Below the pieces are notes generated by a model that ran no database searches, was not told where the DNA came from, and was given only the letters and a program-made list of their open reading frames with translations. A stretch of DNA of 64,000 bases, taken from assembly GCF_009914755.1 (NCBI RefSeq), contig NC_060931.1; one strand, 5' to 3'. This document shows, in pieces, positions 18,908 to 34,207 of the stretch; the stretch's first letter is position 1; each line of letters opens with the position of its first letter. Source of the stretch: the human T2T-CHM13v2.0 reference genome, Homo sapiens. Both the position numbers and the translations under genes were made by a program.

Positions 18908-21900
18908 ACAGGAGCACCAAGTTTCATAAAATAAGTTTTTAGAGACCTACAAAGAGACTTAAACTCCTATACAATAATAGTGGGAGACTTTAACACCCCA
19001 CTGTCAATATTAGATGATCAACAAGACAGAAAATTAACAAGGGTATTCAGGACTTGACCTCAGCTCTGGATCAAATGGACCTAATGGATATATACAGAAC
19101 TCTCCACCCAAAAACAACAGAATATACATTCTTCTCAGTGCCACATGGCACTTACTCTAAAATTGACCACATAATTGGAAGTAAAACACCCCTCAGCAAA
19201 TGCAAAAAAACTGAAATAATAACAAATAGTATCTCAGACCACAGTGCATTACAAACTCAAGATTAAAAAGCCCACACAAAACCACAAAACTACATGGAAA
19301 TTAAACAACCTGCTCCTGAATGACTCTAGGGTAAATAGTGAAATTTAGGCAGAAATCAAGAAGTTCTTTAAAAACAATGAGAACAAAGAGAAAATGTACC
19401 AGAATCTCTGGGATACAGCTAAAGCAGTGTTAAGAGGGAAATTTATAGCACTAAATGCCCACATCAGAAAGCTAGAAAGATCTCACAGTGACACCCTAAC
19501 ATAACAATTAAAAGAACTAGAGAAGCAAGAGCAAACAAATTCAAAAGCTAGCAGAAGACAAGAAATAACTAAGATCAGAGAGGAACCAAAGGAGACAGAG
19601 ACATGAAAACCCCTTCAAAGAATCAATGAATCCAGGAGCTGGTTTTTTGAAAAAATTAATAAGATAGATGAACTGTCAGCTAGACTAATAAAGAAGAAAA
19701 GAAGGAAGAATCAAATAGACACAATAAAAAATGATACAGGGGATATCACCACTGACCCCAGAGAAATACAAACTACCGTCAGAGAATACTATAAACACCT
19801 CTACGCAAATAAACTAAAAAGTTTAGAAGAAATGGATGAATTCCTGGACACATACATCCTGCCAAGACTAAACCAGGAAGAAGTTGAATCCTTGAATTGA
19901 ATCCAATAACAAGTTCTGACATTGAGGCAGTAATAAATGGTCTACCAACCAAAAAAAGCCCAGGACCAGACAGACTCACAGCTGAATTCTACCAGAGGTA
20001 CAAAGAGGAGCTGGTATCATTCCTTCTGAAACTATTCTAAACAACTTAAAAGGAGGGACTCCTCCTTAACTCATTTTATGAGGACAGCATCATCCTGGTA
20101 CAAAAGACCAGCAGGGACACAACAAAAAAAGAAAACTTCAGGCCAATATCCTTGATGAACATTGATGCAAAAATCTTCAATAAAATACTGGTGAACCAAA
20201 TCCAGCTGCACATCAAAAACCTTATACACCACAATCAAGTTGGCTTCATCCCTGAGATGTAAGGCTGGTTTAACATATGCAAATCAATACATTTAATCCA
20301 TCACATAAACAGAACCAATGACAAAAACCACACGATTTTCTCAACAGATGCAGGAAAGGCCTTTGATACAATTCATAATCCCTTCATGTTAAAAACTCTG
20401 AATAAACTAGGTATTGATGGAATGTATCTCAAAGTAATAAGAGATATTTATGAAAAACCCACAGCCAGAATCATACTGAATGGACAAAGGTTGGAAGCAT
20501 TCCATTTGAAAACCAGCACAAGACAAGGATGCCCTCTCTCACCACTCCTATTTAACATAGTATTGGAAGTTCTGGCCAGGGTAATCAGGAAACAGAAAGA
20601 AAGTGTATTCAGATAGAAAGAGAGGAAGTCAAATTGTCTCTGTTTGCAGATGACATAATCCTATATTTAGAAAACCCCACATCTCAGCCCAAAAGTGCCT
20701 TAAGCTGATAAGCAACTTCAGCAGTCTCGGGATACAAAATCAATATGCAAAAATCACAAGCATTTGTATACACCAACAATAGACAAGCAGAGAGCCAAAT
20801 TATGGATGGAATCCCATTCACAATTATTACAAAGATAATAAAATACTTAGGACTACAGTTAATAAGGGACATGAAGGATCTCTTCAAGGAGAACTACAAA
20901 CCATTGCTCAAGGAAATAAGAGAGGACAAAAACAAATGGAAAATAATTCCATCCTCATGGATAGGAAGAATCGATATCATGAAAATGGCCATACTGCCCA
21001 AAGTAATTTATAAATTTAATGCTATCCCCATCAAACTAACATTGACATTCTTCACAGAACTAGAAAAAACTACCTTAAAATTCATATGGAATGAAAAAAT
21101 AGCCTGTATAGTCAAAACAATCCCAAGCAAAAAGAACAAAGCTGGAGGCATCACGCTACCTGACTTCAAACTATACTACAAGGCTACAGTAACCAAAACA
21201 GCATGGTGCTGGTACTAAAACAGACATATAGACCAATGGAACAGAATAGAGACTTCAGAATAAGACCACACATCTACAACCATCTTATCTTCAACGAACC
21301 TGCCAAAAACAAGCAATAGGGAAAGGATTCCCTATTTAATAAATGGTGCTGGGAGAACTGGCTATCTATATGCAGAAAATGGAATCTGAACCCCTTCCTT
21401 ACACCTTATACAAAAATTAACTCAAGATTGATTAAAGACTTAAATGTAAAACCCAAACCCTTAAAAACCCTAGAAGAAAACCTAGGCAATACCATTCAGG
21501 ACATAGGCACAGGCAAAGATTTTATGATGAAATTGCCAAAAGTATTTGCAACAAAAACTAAAATTGACAAATGGGGTCTGATTATACTAAAGAGCTTCTG
21601 CACAGCAAAAGAAACTATCATCAGAGCAAACAGGCCACCTACAGAATGGGAGAAAACTTCCAATCTACCCATCTGACAAATGTCTAATATCCAGAATGTA
21701 CAAGGAACTTAAACAAATTTACAAGAAAAAACCAAACAACCCCATCAAAAAATGGGCAAAGGGCATGAACAGACACTTCTTAAAATAAGACATTTATGTG
21801 GCCAACAAACATATGAAAAAAAGCTTAACATTACTGGTCATTAGAGAATTGTAAATCAAAACCACAGTGAGATACCATCTCATGACAGTCAAAATGGTGA

Positions 21901-22575
21901 TTATTAAAAAGTCAAGAAACAATAGAGGCTGGCGAGGCTGTGGAGAAATAGGAATGCTTTTACACTATTGGTGGGAATGTAAATTAGTTCAACCATTGTG
22001 GAAGACAGTATGGTAATTCCTCAAGGATCTGGAACCAGAAATACCATTTGACCCAGCAATCTCATTACTGGTTATATACACAAATGAATACAATCATTCT
22101 ATTATGAAGATACATGCACATGTATGTTTATCGTGGCACTATTCACAGTAAGAAAGACCCAACCCAAATGCCCATCAATGATAGACTAGATAAAGAAAAT
22201 GTGGTACATATACACCACGGAATACCCATAAAAAGGAATGAGATCATGACCTTTGCAGGTACATGGATGAAGCTGGAAGCCCTTCTCCTCAGCAAACTAA
22301 CACAGGAGCAGAAAACCAAACACTGCATGTTCTCACTCATAAGTGGGAGCTGAACAATGAGGATACATGGACACAGGGAGGGGAACAACACACACTGGAG
22401 CCTGTTGGAGAGGGGCGAGGGGAGGGAGAGCATCGGGACAAATAGCTAACGCATGTGGGGCTTAAAATGTAGTGATGGGTTGATAGGTGCGGCAAACCAC
22501 CATGGCACATGTGTACCTCTGTAACATACCTGTGTGTTCTGCACATGTATCCCAGAACTTAAAATCAATCACTCA
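16669..22575 (+). mobile_element. Near full-length older L1PA (about L1PA8-11), inactive
   Basis: 5'UTR, ORF1 remnant (17551-17775), ORF2 start at about 18526 and RT remnants. The 3'UTR 'gcatcgggacaaatagctaacgcatgtggggcttaaa' is typical of older L1PA. Confidence 0.9.
18863..18905 (+). repeat. (AT)n(AC)n compound microsatellite inside L1 ORF2
   Basis: Seen directly. Confidence 0.95.
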
Positions 22576-22589
22576 ATCAATAAATTAAA

Positions 22590-25500
22590 ATCATCAAAAT
22601 CATATCAAGTATTTTCTTGGACCATAGTGGAATAAAATTAGAAATCAATACTAAGAGGAACTCCAAAACTACACAAATAATGGAAGCTAAACTATTTGCT
22701 CCTGAAATATCCTTGGGAAGACAACAAAATTAAGGCAAGAATCAAGACATTTTTCAAAACAATTGAAAGTGGAGACACAACATATGAAAACCTCTGGGAA
22801 AAGAGCAAAAGCAGTGTTAAAAGGGAAGTTTATGGTGTAAATGCCCACATCAACAAGACAGAAAGATGTCTTATTAACAACATAACATCAAATCTCAAGG
22901 AAAAAGAAAAACAAGAACAATTTAAACCAAAAGATAGTCGAAGAAAAGAAGTAACAATGATTTGAGTAGAACTAAGTAAGTTTGAAAGTAAAAATCCACA
23001 GCATAACAGATCAGAGAAACAAAAATTTGATTTTTTGAAAGGATAAACAAAATTGACAGGCCACTAGCTGGATTAAACAAGATAAAAGAAGATTCAAATA
23101 AGCATAAGCAGAAATTAGTAAGGGGGCATTACAACTGATACAAAAGAAACAAATGGATCATCAGACACCCCTATGAACACCTCTGTGTGCACAAGCTAGA
23201 AAACCTAGAGGAAATTGATAAATTCCTGGAAACATACAACCCCCCCAAGATTGAATCAGGAAGAAATAGGAATCTTGAACAGACCAATAATGAATAATGA
23301 AATTGAATCAATAGTAAAAAAAATCTTACAACAACAACCCAAAAATCTCAGGACCAGATGGATTTATAACCAATTTTTACCAGATTTACAAAGAAGAGCT
23401 GGGACCAATCTTATTGAAACTATTCCAAAAAATTGAGGAGAAGGGAGTCCTTCCTAACTCATTCTACAAAATCAGTATTACCCTGATACCAAAATCAGGC
23501 AAGGACAATTAAAAAAAAAAGAGAGAGAAAACGAAACTACAAGCCGGTATCCCTGATGAACACAGATGCAAAAATCCTCCACAAAATACTAGCAAACTGA
23601 CTCCGACAGCACATCAAAAAACATAATTCAAGTGGGTTTTGTTCCAGGGATGCAAAGATGGTTCAACATCCACAAATCAATAAATGTGATTCATCAAATA
23701 AACAGAACTAAAAACTAAAACCATATGATCATCTCAACAGATGCCAAAAAGGTGTTTGATAGAATCCAACATCCCTTAATGATAAAAACCCTCGACAAAC
23801 TAGGCATCAAAGGAACATATATGAAAATAATAAGACATCTATGGGAAACCCATAGCCAACCTAATACTGAATGGAGCACAGTTGAAAGCATTCTCTGTAA
23901 GAACTGGAAAAAGACAAGAATGTCCACGGTCACCACTCCTATTCAACATAGTACTGGAAGCTCTGACCAGAGCAATCAGAGAAGATAAAGAAATAAAAGG
24001 CATCCAAATTAGAAAAGGGGGAGTCAAATTATCTCTGTTTACTGATGAAATGATTATATATCCTAAAACCCTATAGACTCCTCCAAAAAAAACTCCTAGA
24101 GTTGATAAACAAACTCAGCAAACAACTTTGATACAAAATCAAAGTACAAAAATCAGTAGCATTTCTATACACCAATAACTTTCAAGCTGAAAATGATATC
24201 AATAACTCAATCGCATTTATGAAAGCCACAGGAAAATAAAATACCTAGGAATACATATAACCAAGGAGATGAAATATCTCTACAAAGAGAATTATAAAAC
24301 ACTGATGAAAGAAGTTGAAGATTACACAAACAAATGGAAAACTTCCTGTGCTCATGGATTGGAAGAATCAGTATCATTAAAATGACCATACTGCCCAAAG
24401 CAATGTACAAATTCAATGCGATGTCTATCAAATTACCAATGTCTAATTTTTACAGAATTAGAAAAAACAATCCCAAAGTTGATATGGAACCAAAAAGAAC
24501 ACCAAATAACCAAAGAAATCCTAAGCAAAAAGAATAAAGTCAGAAGCATAATACTGCCTGATTTGGAATTATATTACAAATCTATATTAACAAAAATAAC
24601 ATCGTACTGGTGTAAAAATATAGATCAATGGAACAGAATAGGGAGACCAGATGTAAAGCTACACACCTACAACCAGCTGATCTTTGACAAAGTCAACTAA
24701 AATAATGGGGAAAGGTCACCCTATTAAATAAATGGTACTGGGAAAACTGACTAGCCATATGCAGAGTAACGAAACTGGACCCCTGTCTCTCAACACATAC
24801 AAAACTTAACTCAAAATGTTCAAAGGCTTAAAGGTAAGACCTGAAACTATGAAAATCCTATAAGAAAACCTAGGAAAAATATTCTAAAGACTTAAATGTA
24901 AGATCTGAAACTGTAAAAATCCTATAAGAAAACCTAGGCCAACTCTTTTGGCCTTGGCAAAGAATTTTTTTTAAAGACCCCAAGAGCAACTTCAAGAAAA
25001 AGAAATAGACACATAGGACTTAATTAAACTAAAAAGCTTTTGCAAAGAAATAAGCAACAAAGAAATAATTAACAGAGTAAGCAGACCACCTACAGAATTG
25101 GAGAAAATATTCACAAATTATGCCTCTGACAAAGGACTAATATCCAGAATTTACAAGGAACTCACTCAAACAACTCAATAAGAAAAAAAAAAAAAAAAGC
25201 CAAAAACAACCCCATTAAAGGCTAGGCAAAGGATGTGAACAGCCATTTCCTAAAAGAAGACATACAAACAGCTAACAAACACATAAAAATGTTCAGCATC
25301 ACTAATTATCAGATAAATACAAATTAAAACTTCAATAAGAATATCATCTTACACCAGTCAGAATGGCTATCATTAAAAAATCAAAATGCAAAAGATGCTG
25401 GCATGGATTCAGAGCAAAGGGAACACTTATACATTGTTGGTGGGAATGTAAATTAGTTCAACCTCTATGGAAAATAGTATGGAGATTTATCAAACAACTA

Positions 25501-26058
25501 AAAATAGAGCTACCATTTGACCCAGTAAATCCAGTACTGGGTGTTTACTCAAAGCAAGAGAAATCATTATATAGAAAAGACACCCGTACTTGTATGTTCA
25601 TTGCAGCACTATTCACAATAGCAAAGTCATGGAACCAACCTAAGTGTCCATTGACAGTTGAATCATTAAAGAAAATGTGGCATATATACACCACGGAATA
25701 CTACTCAGCCATAAAAAGAATGAAATCATGGTTTTTGCAGCAACATGGGTGGAGCTGGAGGCCATTATCCTAAGTAAACTAACTCAGAAACAGTAAGTCA
25801 AATACCACATGTTCTCAGTTATAAGAGGCAGGTAAACAATGAGTACACATGAACATAAAGATGGAAATAATAGACATTGGGGACTCCAAAAGGGAGAGGG
25901 TATGATGGGAATAAGGGTTGAAAAATTACCTATCAGGTATAATATTTGCTATTTGGGTAATGAGTACACTAGATGCTCAATCCCAGTGTGCAATATACCC
26001 ATGTAACAAACAAGCATGTGTACCACCAAATCTAAAATTTAAAAATAATAATAATAAA
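22590..26058 (+). mobile_element. L1PB ORF2 and 3'UTR
   Basis: Degenerate ORF2 fragments (22696-25773). L1PB-type 3'UTR 'gggttgaaaaattacctatcaggtataat...' and A-rich tail. Confidence 0.85.
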
Positions 26059-26099
26059 AATTCTTTTATATTTTAATTATCTTTTAAATAAAAAGATTT

Positions 26100-27250
26100 A
26101 TTATCTTATTATCTTTTTATTATTATTCAACAAAGAATATCTTTGTGGAATTTCTCATCAAATTATGAATTATTTTCCCAATTCCTTTGTATTGGCTGTG
26201 TTCTCTTGTATTTTACTGAGTTTCCTTAAGATCATTACCTTGAATTGTTTTTCAGGTATTTCATGGATTCTCATTTCTCTGGGGTCTGTTACTAGAGAAT
26301 TATTGTGTTCCTTTGTGGAGGTGTCATATTTCCTTGCTTTTTCTTTTCTTTTCTTTTCTTTTTTTTGTTTTGGTCATGCACATTGATATCTGTGCATCTG
26401 GTGTAACAATTGCTCTTCCAATTTTATGGAGTAGCTTTTGCAGGAAAAAACTTTGCCCTATACATGTATCTATAGTGTCAGTTGGGTGGGGTGCTTTGGC
26501 TTTGGTCCTGGGGGCTGTAGTATAGTCCTTGTATGTTCTCTTGGGCTATCATCAATACCAGTGCAGTCTGTGAGTTTCTCAGTGACTTAAGCTGTGGATA
26601 TTTGTGAAGGTTGTGATGCAGCTTTGATGGAGACAGGGGCACTGGGCAGGCCAGTCCTTGGGACCATGGGGGACCCACGCAGGTGTGTGATGGCCCCATT
26701 TCTGGAAAGGGAGGGTTTTCCAGTGGTGGTGATGACAGACCCTGAGTGGGCTGGTCCTCAGGCCCCTGGGTAGCATGTTCAGGCACCAGTGGTTGTGGTG
26801 GTTGTGATGGGCCTGGGTGGGCTGGTTTTTGTACCCCTGGGTGGCACATGTGGGTGCTGGCAGTGGTGGCAACAGGTTTTGGGTGAGCTGATCCTTAAAA
26901 CCCTGGCCAGCATGCATGGTGGCCCTGCTGCTGGAGGAAGTGAAGTTGCTGGTGGTGGTGGTGTTACGCCCCAAGTAGTGCAGTGCTTGGGTCCCTGAGT
27001 GGTGCTTGTGGCCCTGCTGTTGAAGGGGTCAGGGTCAGTGTTGACAGAAGTGGCTCTGGGCAGGTGGCTCTCAGGTTCTTGGGAGTACATGTTTTGGCTC
27101 CCTATATTCGGGGGACAACTTCCCTGATGCACAGGACCATCTGTTTCACAGGGCATAAGGTGCTATATGGGATTCGGTACTAGGGATGTGGCTGCACCAC
27201 TGGGTCCAGGTGGTATTGTAATGCTGTGTCCTTCTGGGTAGATTAGGGAG
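26100..27250 (-). mobile_element. Old L1M ORF1 and GC-rich 5' region
   Basis: Antisense ORF1 N-terminal-like sequence followed by a GC-rich, internally repetitive 5'UTR. Confidence 0.55.
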
Positions 27251-27555
27251 ATGTCTCCATATATTTTCTTTCTTTATTCATCTGTTGATGAAAACTTATG
27301 TGGCTTCCTCATCTTGGCTATTGAGAATAGTGCTTCAATAAACATGGGAGTCTAGATACTTCTTTGACACACCAATTTCCTTTCTTTTGGACATATACCC
27401 AATAGTGGTATTTTTGAATCGTATGGTAGTTCTATTTTTAGTTTTTTTAGGAACCGCCATGCTACTTACCATAGTGGCCATACTAATTTACATATCCACC
27501 AACAGTGTATGAGGCTTCTCCTTTGTCTGCATTCTCACCAAAATTGTTTTTTGTC

Positions 27556-27861
27556 TTTTTTTTTTTTTTTTTTTTTTGAGTCTTGCTCTGTTGCCCAGGC
27601 TGGAGTGCAGTGGCGCAATCTTGACTTACTGCAACCTCTGCCTCTTGGATTCAAGTGATTCTTGTGCCTCAGCCTCCCAAGTAGCTGGGATTACAGTGTG
27701 CACCACCACACCTGGCTAAATTTTTTTTGTATTTTTTTTTTCGTAGAGATGAGGTTTCGCTATGTGGGCCAGGCTAGTCTCCAATGCCTGGTCGCAAGTG
27801 ATCCACCTGCCTCAGCCTCCCAAAGTGATGGGATTACAGGTGTGAGCCACCATGCCCAGCC
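27556..27861 (-). mobile_element. AluS/AluJ
   Basis: Dimeric Alu with poly(T). Confidence 0.9.
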
Positions 27862-29143
27862 TGATAAAAGTCCTTTTAACTGGGGTGAGATGATATCATG
27901 TTTTGGTTTTGATTTGCATTTACGTGATGCTTAGTAATGTTGAGCATTATTCATACATTTGCTGGCCATTTGCATATCTTCTTTTGAGAAATGTCTGTTT
28001 AGATCTTTTGCCCATTTAAAAATCAGATTATTTGTTATTTTGTTATTGAGTTGTTTGAGTTCCTTACATAGTCTGGATATTAATCACTTGTCAGTTGAAT
28101 AGTTTGCAAATACTTTTTCCCATTCTGTAGGTTGTCTCTTCACTTTGCTGATTATTTCCTTGCTGCATGAAGCTTTTTAGCTTAATGTGATCCAATTTGT
28201 CCATTTTGCTTTGGTTGCCTGTGCTTTTGAGGTCTTACTTGAGAAATTGCTGCTCAGATCAATGTCCTGGAGAATTCCCTCAATGTTTTCTTGCAATGAT
28301 TTCATAGTTTCAGGTCTGACATTTTAGTCTTTATTCCCTTTTGATTTGATTTTTGTATATAGTGAGAAATAGAGATATAGTTTCATTCTTCTGCATATGG
28401 ATATCCAATTTTTCCAGCACCATTTATTGGAGAGACTGTCCTTTCCCCAATGTATGTACTTGGTGTCTTAAAAAAATGAGTCAATTGCAAATGTATGGAT
28501 TAATTTTTGGGTTCTCTATTCTGTCCACTGTGGTCTATGTGTCTGTTTTTATGCCAGTACCACGTTGTTTTGTTAATACAGCTTTCTAGTATTTTAAGTC
28601 AGGTAATGTGATGCCTCCAGCATTTCTCTTTTTGCTCAGGATTGCTTTGGCTATTCTATGTCTTTTGTGGTTCCATATAAGTTTTGGGATAGTTTTTTTC
28701 TATTTCTGTGAAGAATGTCATTGGTATTTTGATAGGGATTGCATTGAGTCTGTGGATACCTTTGTATAGCATGGACATTTTAACAGTATTAATTGTTCCA
28801 ATTTATAAACATGGAATATCTTTCCTTTTTTCATGTCCTGGAATATTTTCCTTCCTGTCCTCTTGATTTCTTTTATCAATTTTTTATGCTTTTTGTTGTA
28901 TAGATCTTTGACTTTTTTGTTTAAATTCATTTCTAGTTACAGTATTTTACTTGTAGCTGTTATAAATAGGGTTGCTTTCTTGGATTCTTTTTCAGATTGT
29001 TTGCTTTTGGCATATAGAAATGCTACTGATTTTCATATGTTGATTTCATATTCTGCAACTTTACTGAATTTGTTTATCAGTTCTAATGGTTTTTTTTTTT
29101 TTGGTGGAGTCTTTAGGTTTTTCCAAATAAAAGATTATATCAG

Positions 29144-29376
29144 AGCCGGGCACGGTGGCTCACTCCTGTAATCCCAGCACTTTGGGAGGCTGAGGCGGGC
29201 GGATCACAAGGTCAGGAGATCGAGACCATCCTGGCTAACATGGTGAAACCCTGTCTCTACTAAAAATACAAAAAAATTAGCGGGGCATGGTGGCAGGTGC
29301 CTGTAGTCCCGGCTACTCGGGAGGCTGAGGCAGGAGAATGGTGTGAACCCAGGAGGCAGAGCTTCCTATAACATAA
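29144..29376 (+). mobile_element. AluY-like element missing the distal right arm
   Basis: Alu homology stops at 'gaggcagagctt' (29364). TSD aaaagattatatc at 29129-29141 and 29377-29389. Confidence 0.85.
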
Positions 29377-32300
29377 AAAAGATTATATCGTCTGGAAACA
29401 AGGATAATTTAGCTTCTTCCTTTCCAATTTGAATGCCATTTATTTCTTTCTCTTGTCTTATTGCTCTATGACTTCCAGTATCATACTGAATAAAAGTGAT
29501 GAAAGTGGGCATCCTTGTCTTGTTACAAATTTTAGAGGAAAGGCTTTCAGTTTTTCCACATTCAGTATAATAGCTGTGAGTTTGTCCTATATGGACTTAA
29601 TCATGTTGAAGTATGTTCTTTCTATACCCAGTTTGTTGAGAGTTTTTATGATGAAAAGATGTTGAATTTTATTGAATGCTTTTTATAGCATCTATTGAAA
29701 TGACAATATGGTTTTTGTCCTTTATTCTGTTGATGTTGTGTATTATGTTTATTGATTTTCATGTCAGAGCATCCTTGCATCCCTGAGATAAATCCCACTT
29801 GATCATGATGAATGACATTTTTAATGTGTTGTTGAATTTGGTTTGCTAGTATTTTTTTTGAGAATTTTTGCATCTGTGTTCATCAGATGCATTAACCTGT
29901 AGTTTTCTTTCTGTGTGTGTGTGTCTTTGTTAGTCTTGGTATCAGGGTGATACTGGACTCATAGAATGAAGTCAGAAGTGTTCCCTTTTCCTGTGTCTTT
30001 GAATAGTTTATGGAGTATTCATATTAGTTCTTTAAATATTTGGTAGAATTTAGCAGTGAAATCATCAGTTTCTGGGCTCTTCTTTGATGAGAGACTTTTT
30101 TTTTTTTTCAATTATCATGGCTTCTATCTCATTACTTGTTTTTAGTCTATTCAGGTTTTGTATTTCTTCACGGTTCAATCTTGGCTTCTTCTGGGTTTTC
30201 CAATTTATTGGCATGTAGTTGCTCACAGTAGACTTTAATGATCCTTTGAATTTCTGTGGTATCAGTTGTAATGTCTGTTTTTCATCTCTGATTTTATTTA
30301 TTTGGGTCTTCTCTCCTTTTGTTTTTAGTGAGTCCGGCTAAAGGTTTGTTGATTTTGTCTATTTTTATAAAAACCACCTTTTCATTTCATTGATTTTTTG
30401 TCTTTTTAGTCTTGATTTTATTTATTTCTGCTCTGATCTTTATTATTTCTTTCCTTCTACTAATTTTGGGTTTGGTTTGCTCTTATATTTTTAGTTCTTC
30501 AACACGCATCATTAGGTGGTTTATTTGAAGTCTTTGTACTTTTTTGATGTAGGCCTTTATTGCTATAAACTTCCCTCTTAGCACTGATTTTGCTGTGTGC
30601 TCTAGGTTGTGGTATATTATGTTTCCATTTTCATTTGTTTCAAGAAATTTTTAATTATTCTGCTTAATTTCTTTATTTGCTGAACAGTCATTCAGGAACA
30701 TATTATTTAATTTCCATGTATTTGTGTAGTTTAAAAATTCCTCTTGTTATTGATTTCTGTTTTCTTCCATTGTCATCAGAAAAAATACCTGACACAATTT
30801 CAAATTTTTTGAATTTTTTGAGATGCATTTTGGTACATCCTTGAAAATCTTGTATGTGCTGAAGAGAAAAATGTATATTCTGCAGCTATTTGATAAAATG
30901 TTCTGCAAATGTCTTAGGCTTATTTGATGTATATTATAGATTATGTCCAATATTTCTTTGTTGATTTCTGTCTAGATGATCTGTCCAGTGCTGAGAGCGG
31001 GGTGATAAAATCCTCAGCTATTATTGTATTGGGGTCTCTCTGTCTCTCTGTCTCTTTTACTCTGGCCCTAATATTTGCTTGTTATATCTTCTTGCTGAGT
31101 TAACCCCTTTGTCATTGTGTAATTACCTGCTTTATTTCTTTCACAGATTTTGTTTGAAATATATTTTATCTGATATGAGTATAGCTACTCCTGACCTTTT
31201 TTTGGGTTTACATTCACATGGAATATCTTTTTTTCCATCCCCTCATTTTCCATCTATGTGTGTCTTTATAGGTGAAGTGAATTTGTTGTAGGCATCATAT
31301 AGTTGGGTTTTGGTTTTTAATTCATCCAGCCACTCCACCTTTTAATTGGATAATTTAGTTAATTTGTATTCAATGTTATTATAAGTAAGGACTTACTACT
31401 ATCATTTTGTTTTCTGGTTGTTTTATTAGTCCTCTGTTCCTTTCTTCCTGTCTTCCTTTGTGTATAAGTGATTTTCTCTGGTAGTATGTTTTAATTTCTT
31501 GCTTTTTATGTTTTGTGTATCAAATAGGTGTTCTCTTTGTGGTTGCTATGAGGCTTGCAAATAACATCTTATAACCAATTATATTTAACTAATGACAACT
31601 TTGTTCACAAAAAAGAAAAGAAAAAACAAGCAAGCAAAGAGAAAATTGAAGAACTCTACACTTTATCTCCTCCACTTTTTGACATTTTATTGTCTCTGTT
31701 TACGTCTTTTTATATTGTCTATCTCTTAGCAAATTGTTGTAGTTATTATTTTTGATAATTTGCCTTTTGGTATTCATACTAAAGATATGAGTGGTTTATC
31801 CACTATAATTACAGTATTACAGTATTCTGTATTTACCTGGGTACTTAATTTTATCAGTGAGTTTTATGATTTATTATTACACATTAGCATCCTTTTCTTT
31901 CAGATTGAAGAACTTCCTTTAGCATTTCTCATAAGACAGGTCTGGTGATGATTAAATTCTTCTATTTTTGTTTATGTAGAAAAGTCTATTTTTCATTCCT
32001 GTTCGAAAGATAACTTCACTGGATACAGTATTCTAGTTTAAAACTTGTTTTCCTTTAGCGCTTTGAATATGTCAATCCATTCCCTCTTGATCCATAAGGT
32101 TTCCACTGAGAAGTCTGCTGCCAGATATATCGGAGCTCATTTACATGTTACTTGCTTCTTTCCTCTTGCTGCTTTTGGGATCCTGTCTTTATCCTTACTT
32201 TTGAAAACTTAATTAGTTTACTCCTTGAGGTAGTTTTATTTGGTTTGAATATGTTTTGTGTTCTTTGATCTTCTTGTACCTGGATATTCATATTTTTTCT

Positions 32301-33881
32301 CATAAGTTTGCAAATTCTTTGTTATTTCTTGGAATAAATTTTCTATCCCAATCTCTTTCTCTATATCCTCTTTAAGGCTAATAACTCTTACATGTGCCCT
32401 TTTAAGGTTATTTTCTAGATATTGTTGGCATACTTCATTTTTTTTTCTTCTCTGGTGGTATATTTTCATATAACCTGCCTTTGAGCTCACTAATACTTTC
32501 TTCTGCTTGATCAGTTCTGCTGTTGAGATATTCTGATGCATTTTTCAGTTTGTCAATTAAATTTTTTAGCTTCAGAATTTCGGTTTAAATTTTAAATTAT
32601 TTCAATTTTTGTTAAATTTCTCTGATTGAAAATTCTGTATTCCTTCTCTGTATTATCTTGAAGTTCATCATGCTTCCTCAAGACAGCTATTTTGAATTCC
32701 CTGGCTGAGGTCACATATCTCTGTCACCCCAAGGTTGATCACTGGTGGCTTATTTAGTCTTTCTGATGAGATCATGTTTTCTTGGATGTTTCTGATGCTT
32801 GTGGATGTTTGTTGATGTCTGGGCATTGAAAAGTTAGGTGTTTATTCCAGTATTCACAGTCTTGTCTTGTTCATGCCAGTCTTTCTTGAGAGGGTTTTTC
32901 ATGATTTCAAAGGGTATTGAGTATTGCTACTTAAGCCTATGGTTACTGCAGTCATTTCAACACTAGGGAGTGCCCTAAGCCCAAGAACACTGAAGCTTTT
33001 GCAGACTCCTAGATACACAATCTTGGTGGACTTGGGGAAGATAAAGGAGAATTCCCTGGGTTCCTAGACAAAGTCTCTTACTCTCTTCCCTCTCTTTTCC
33101 TTAAGCAAAAGTCTCTCTTTCTGCACTGGGCCTTCTGGAACTGTTGGAAGGGTGACATGGACACTCCTATGGCCACCCCAGCAGGCACTGCTCTGGGTTG
33201 TACCTGAAGCCCATTGTCTCCCAGACCAGCACAGTTTTGGTGCTTGCCCAAGGCCCATGGCCACTACTGCCTGGCGGCCACTGATGTTTACTCAAGGCCC
33301 ACAGCCACTTTAGTCAGCAGGTGGTGAATCCTTCAAGGACTAGGTTTATCCTTGGTTCTCTACACTACAGAGCCAAACCATATCACCAGGTCACTTTAGT
33401 TGGCTGGTGGTGAAGCTGGCCAGGACTAAACTTTCTCCCACTGAGACAGAGAATTTCTCTCTGACTCAGGGCTAGTCTAAATGCTTCCTTCATGGACACT
33501 GGCAGAATTCTACTTGGTGTTGTGTTCCACCGTGACAGAGTGGCATTGAGTTCAAATGCAAAGTTTCACACTCACTTTGCTCTTTCTCCTTCAAACACAC
33601 AGATTATCTCCATACATTGTGCTGCTGGGGTTCGGGGAGGTGTGGTGTAGGCAATGTAAGACTGTCCTTCCTACCTTCTTCAATGCCTCTTTCCTTATCA
33701 GTAGGTTAAAACCAGGTACTAAGATCACTCATCTGATTTTATGTTCTTATGAAGGTGGATTTTTATATGAACAGTTGTTCAAATTGCTGTTCCTGCAGGG
33801 GGATGATTGCTGGAGGGCTCTATTCAGCCATCTTGCTCCTCCTCCTCCTCCAAATTACAGAATTTAAACATTCTATAATTA

Positions 33882-34207
<326 letters not shown>

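Larger units (their letters stand above)
27255..33850 (-). mobile_element. Second large old L1 (L1MA/L1M1-2 class), degenerate
   Basis: Antisense ORF2 and ORF1 remnants (29646-29873, 32236-32541). L1-like 5' end 'ttcagccatcttgctcctcctcc' at about 33825-33850. Confidence 0.8.

Noticed and set aside
24822-24940. About 64-bp tandem duplication in L1PB (similar ones at about 7060-7195 and 3824-3858)
   Set aside because: Local slippage in dead repeats, with no functional implication.
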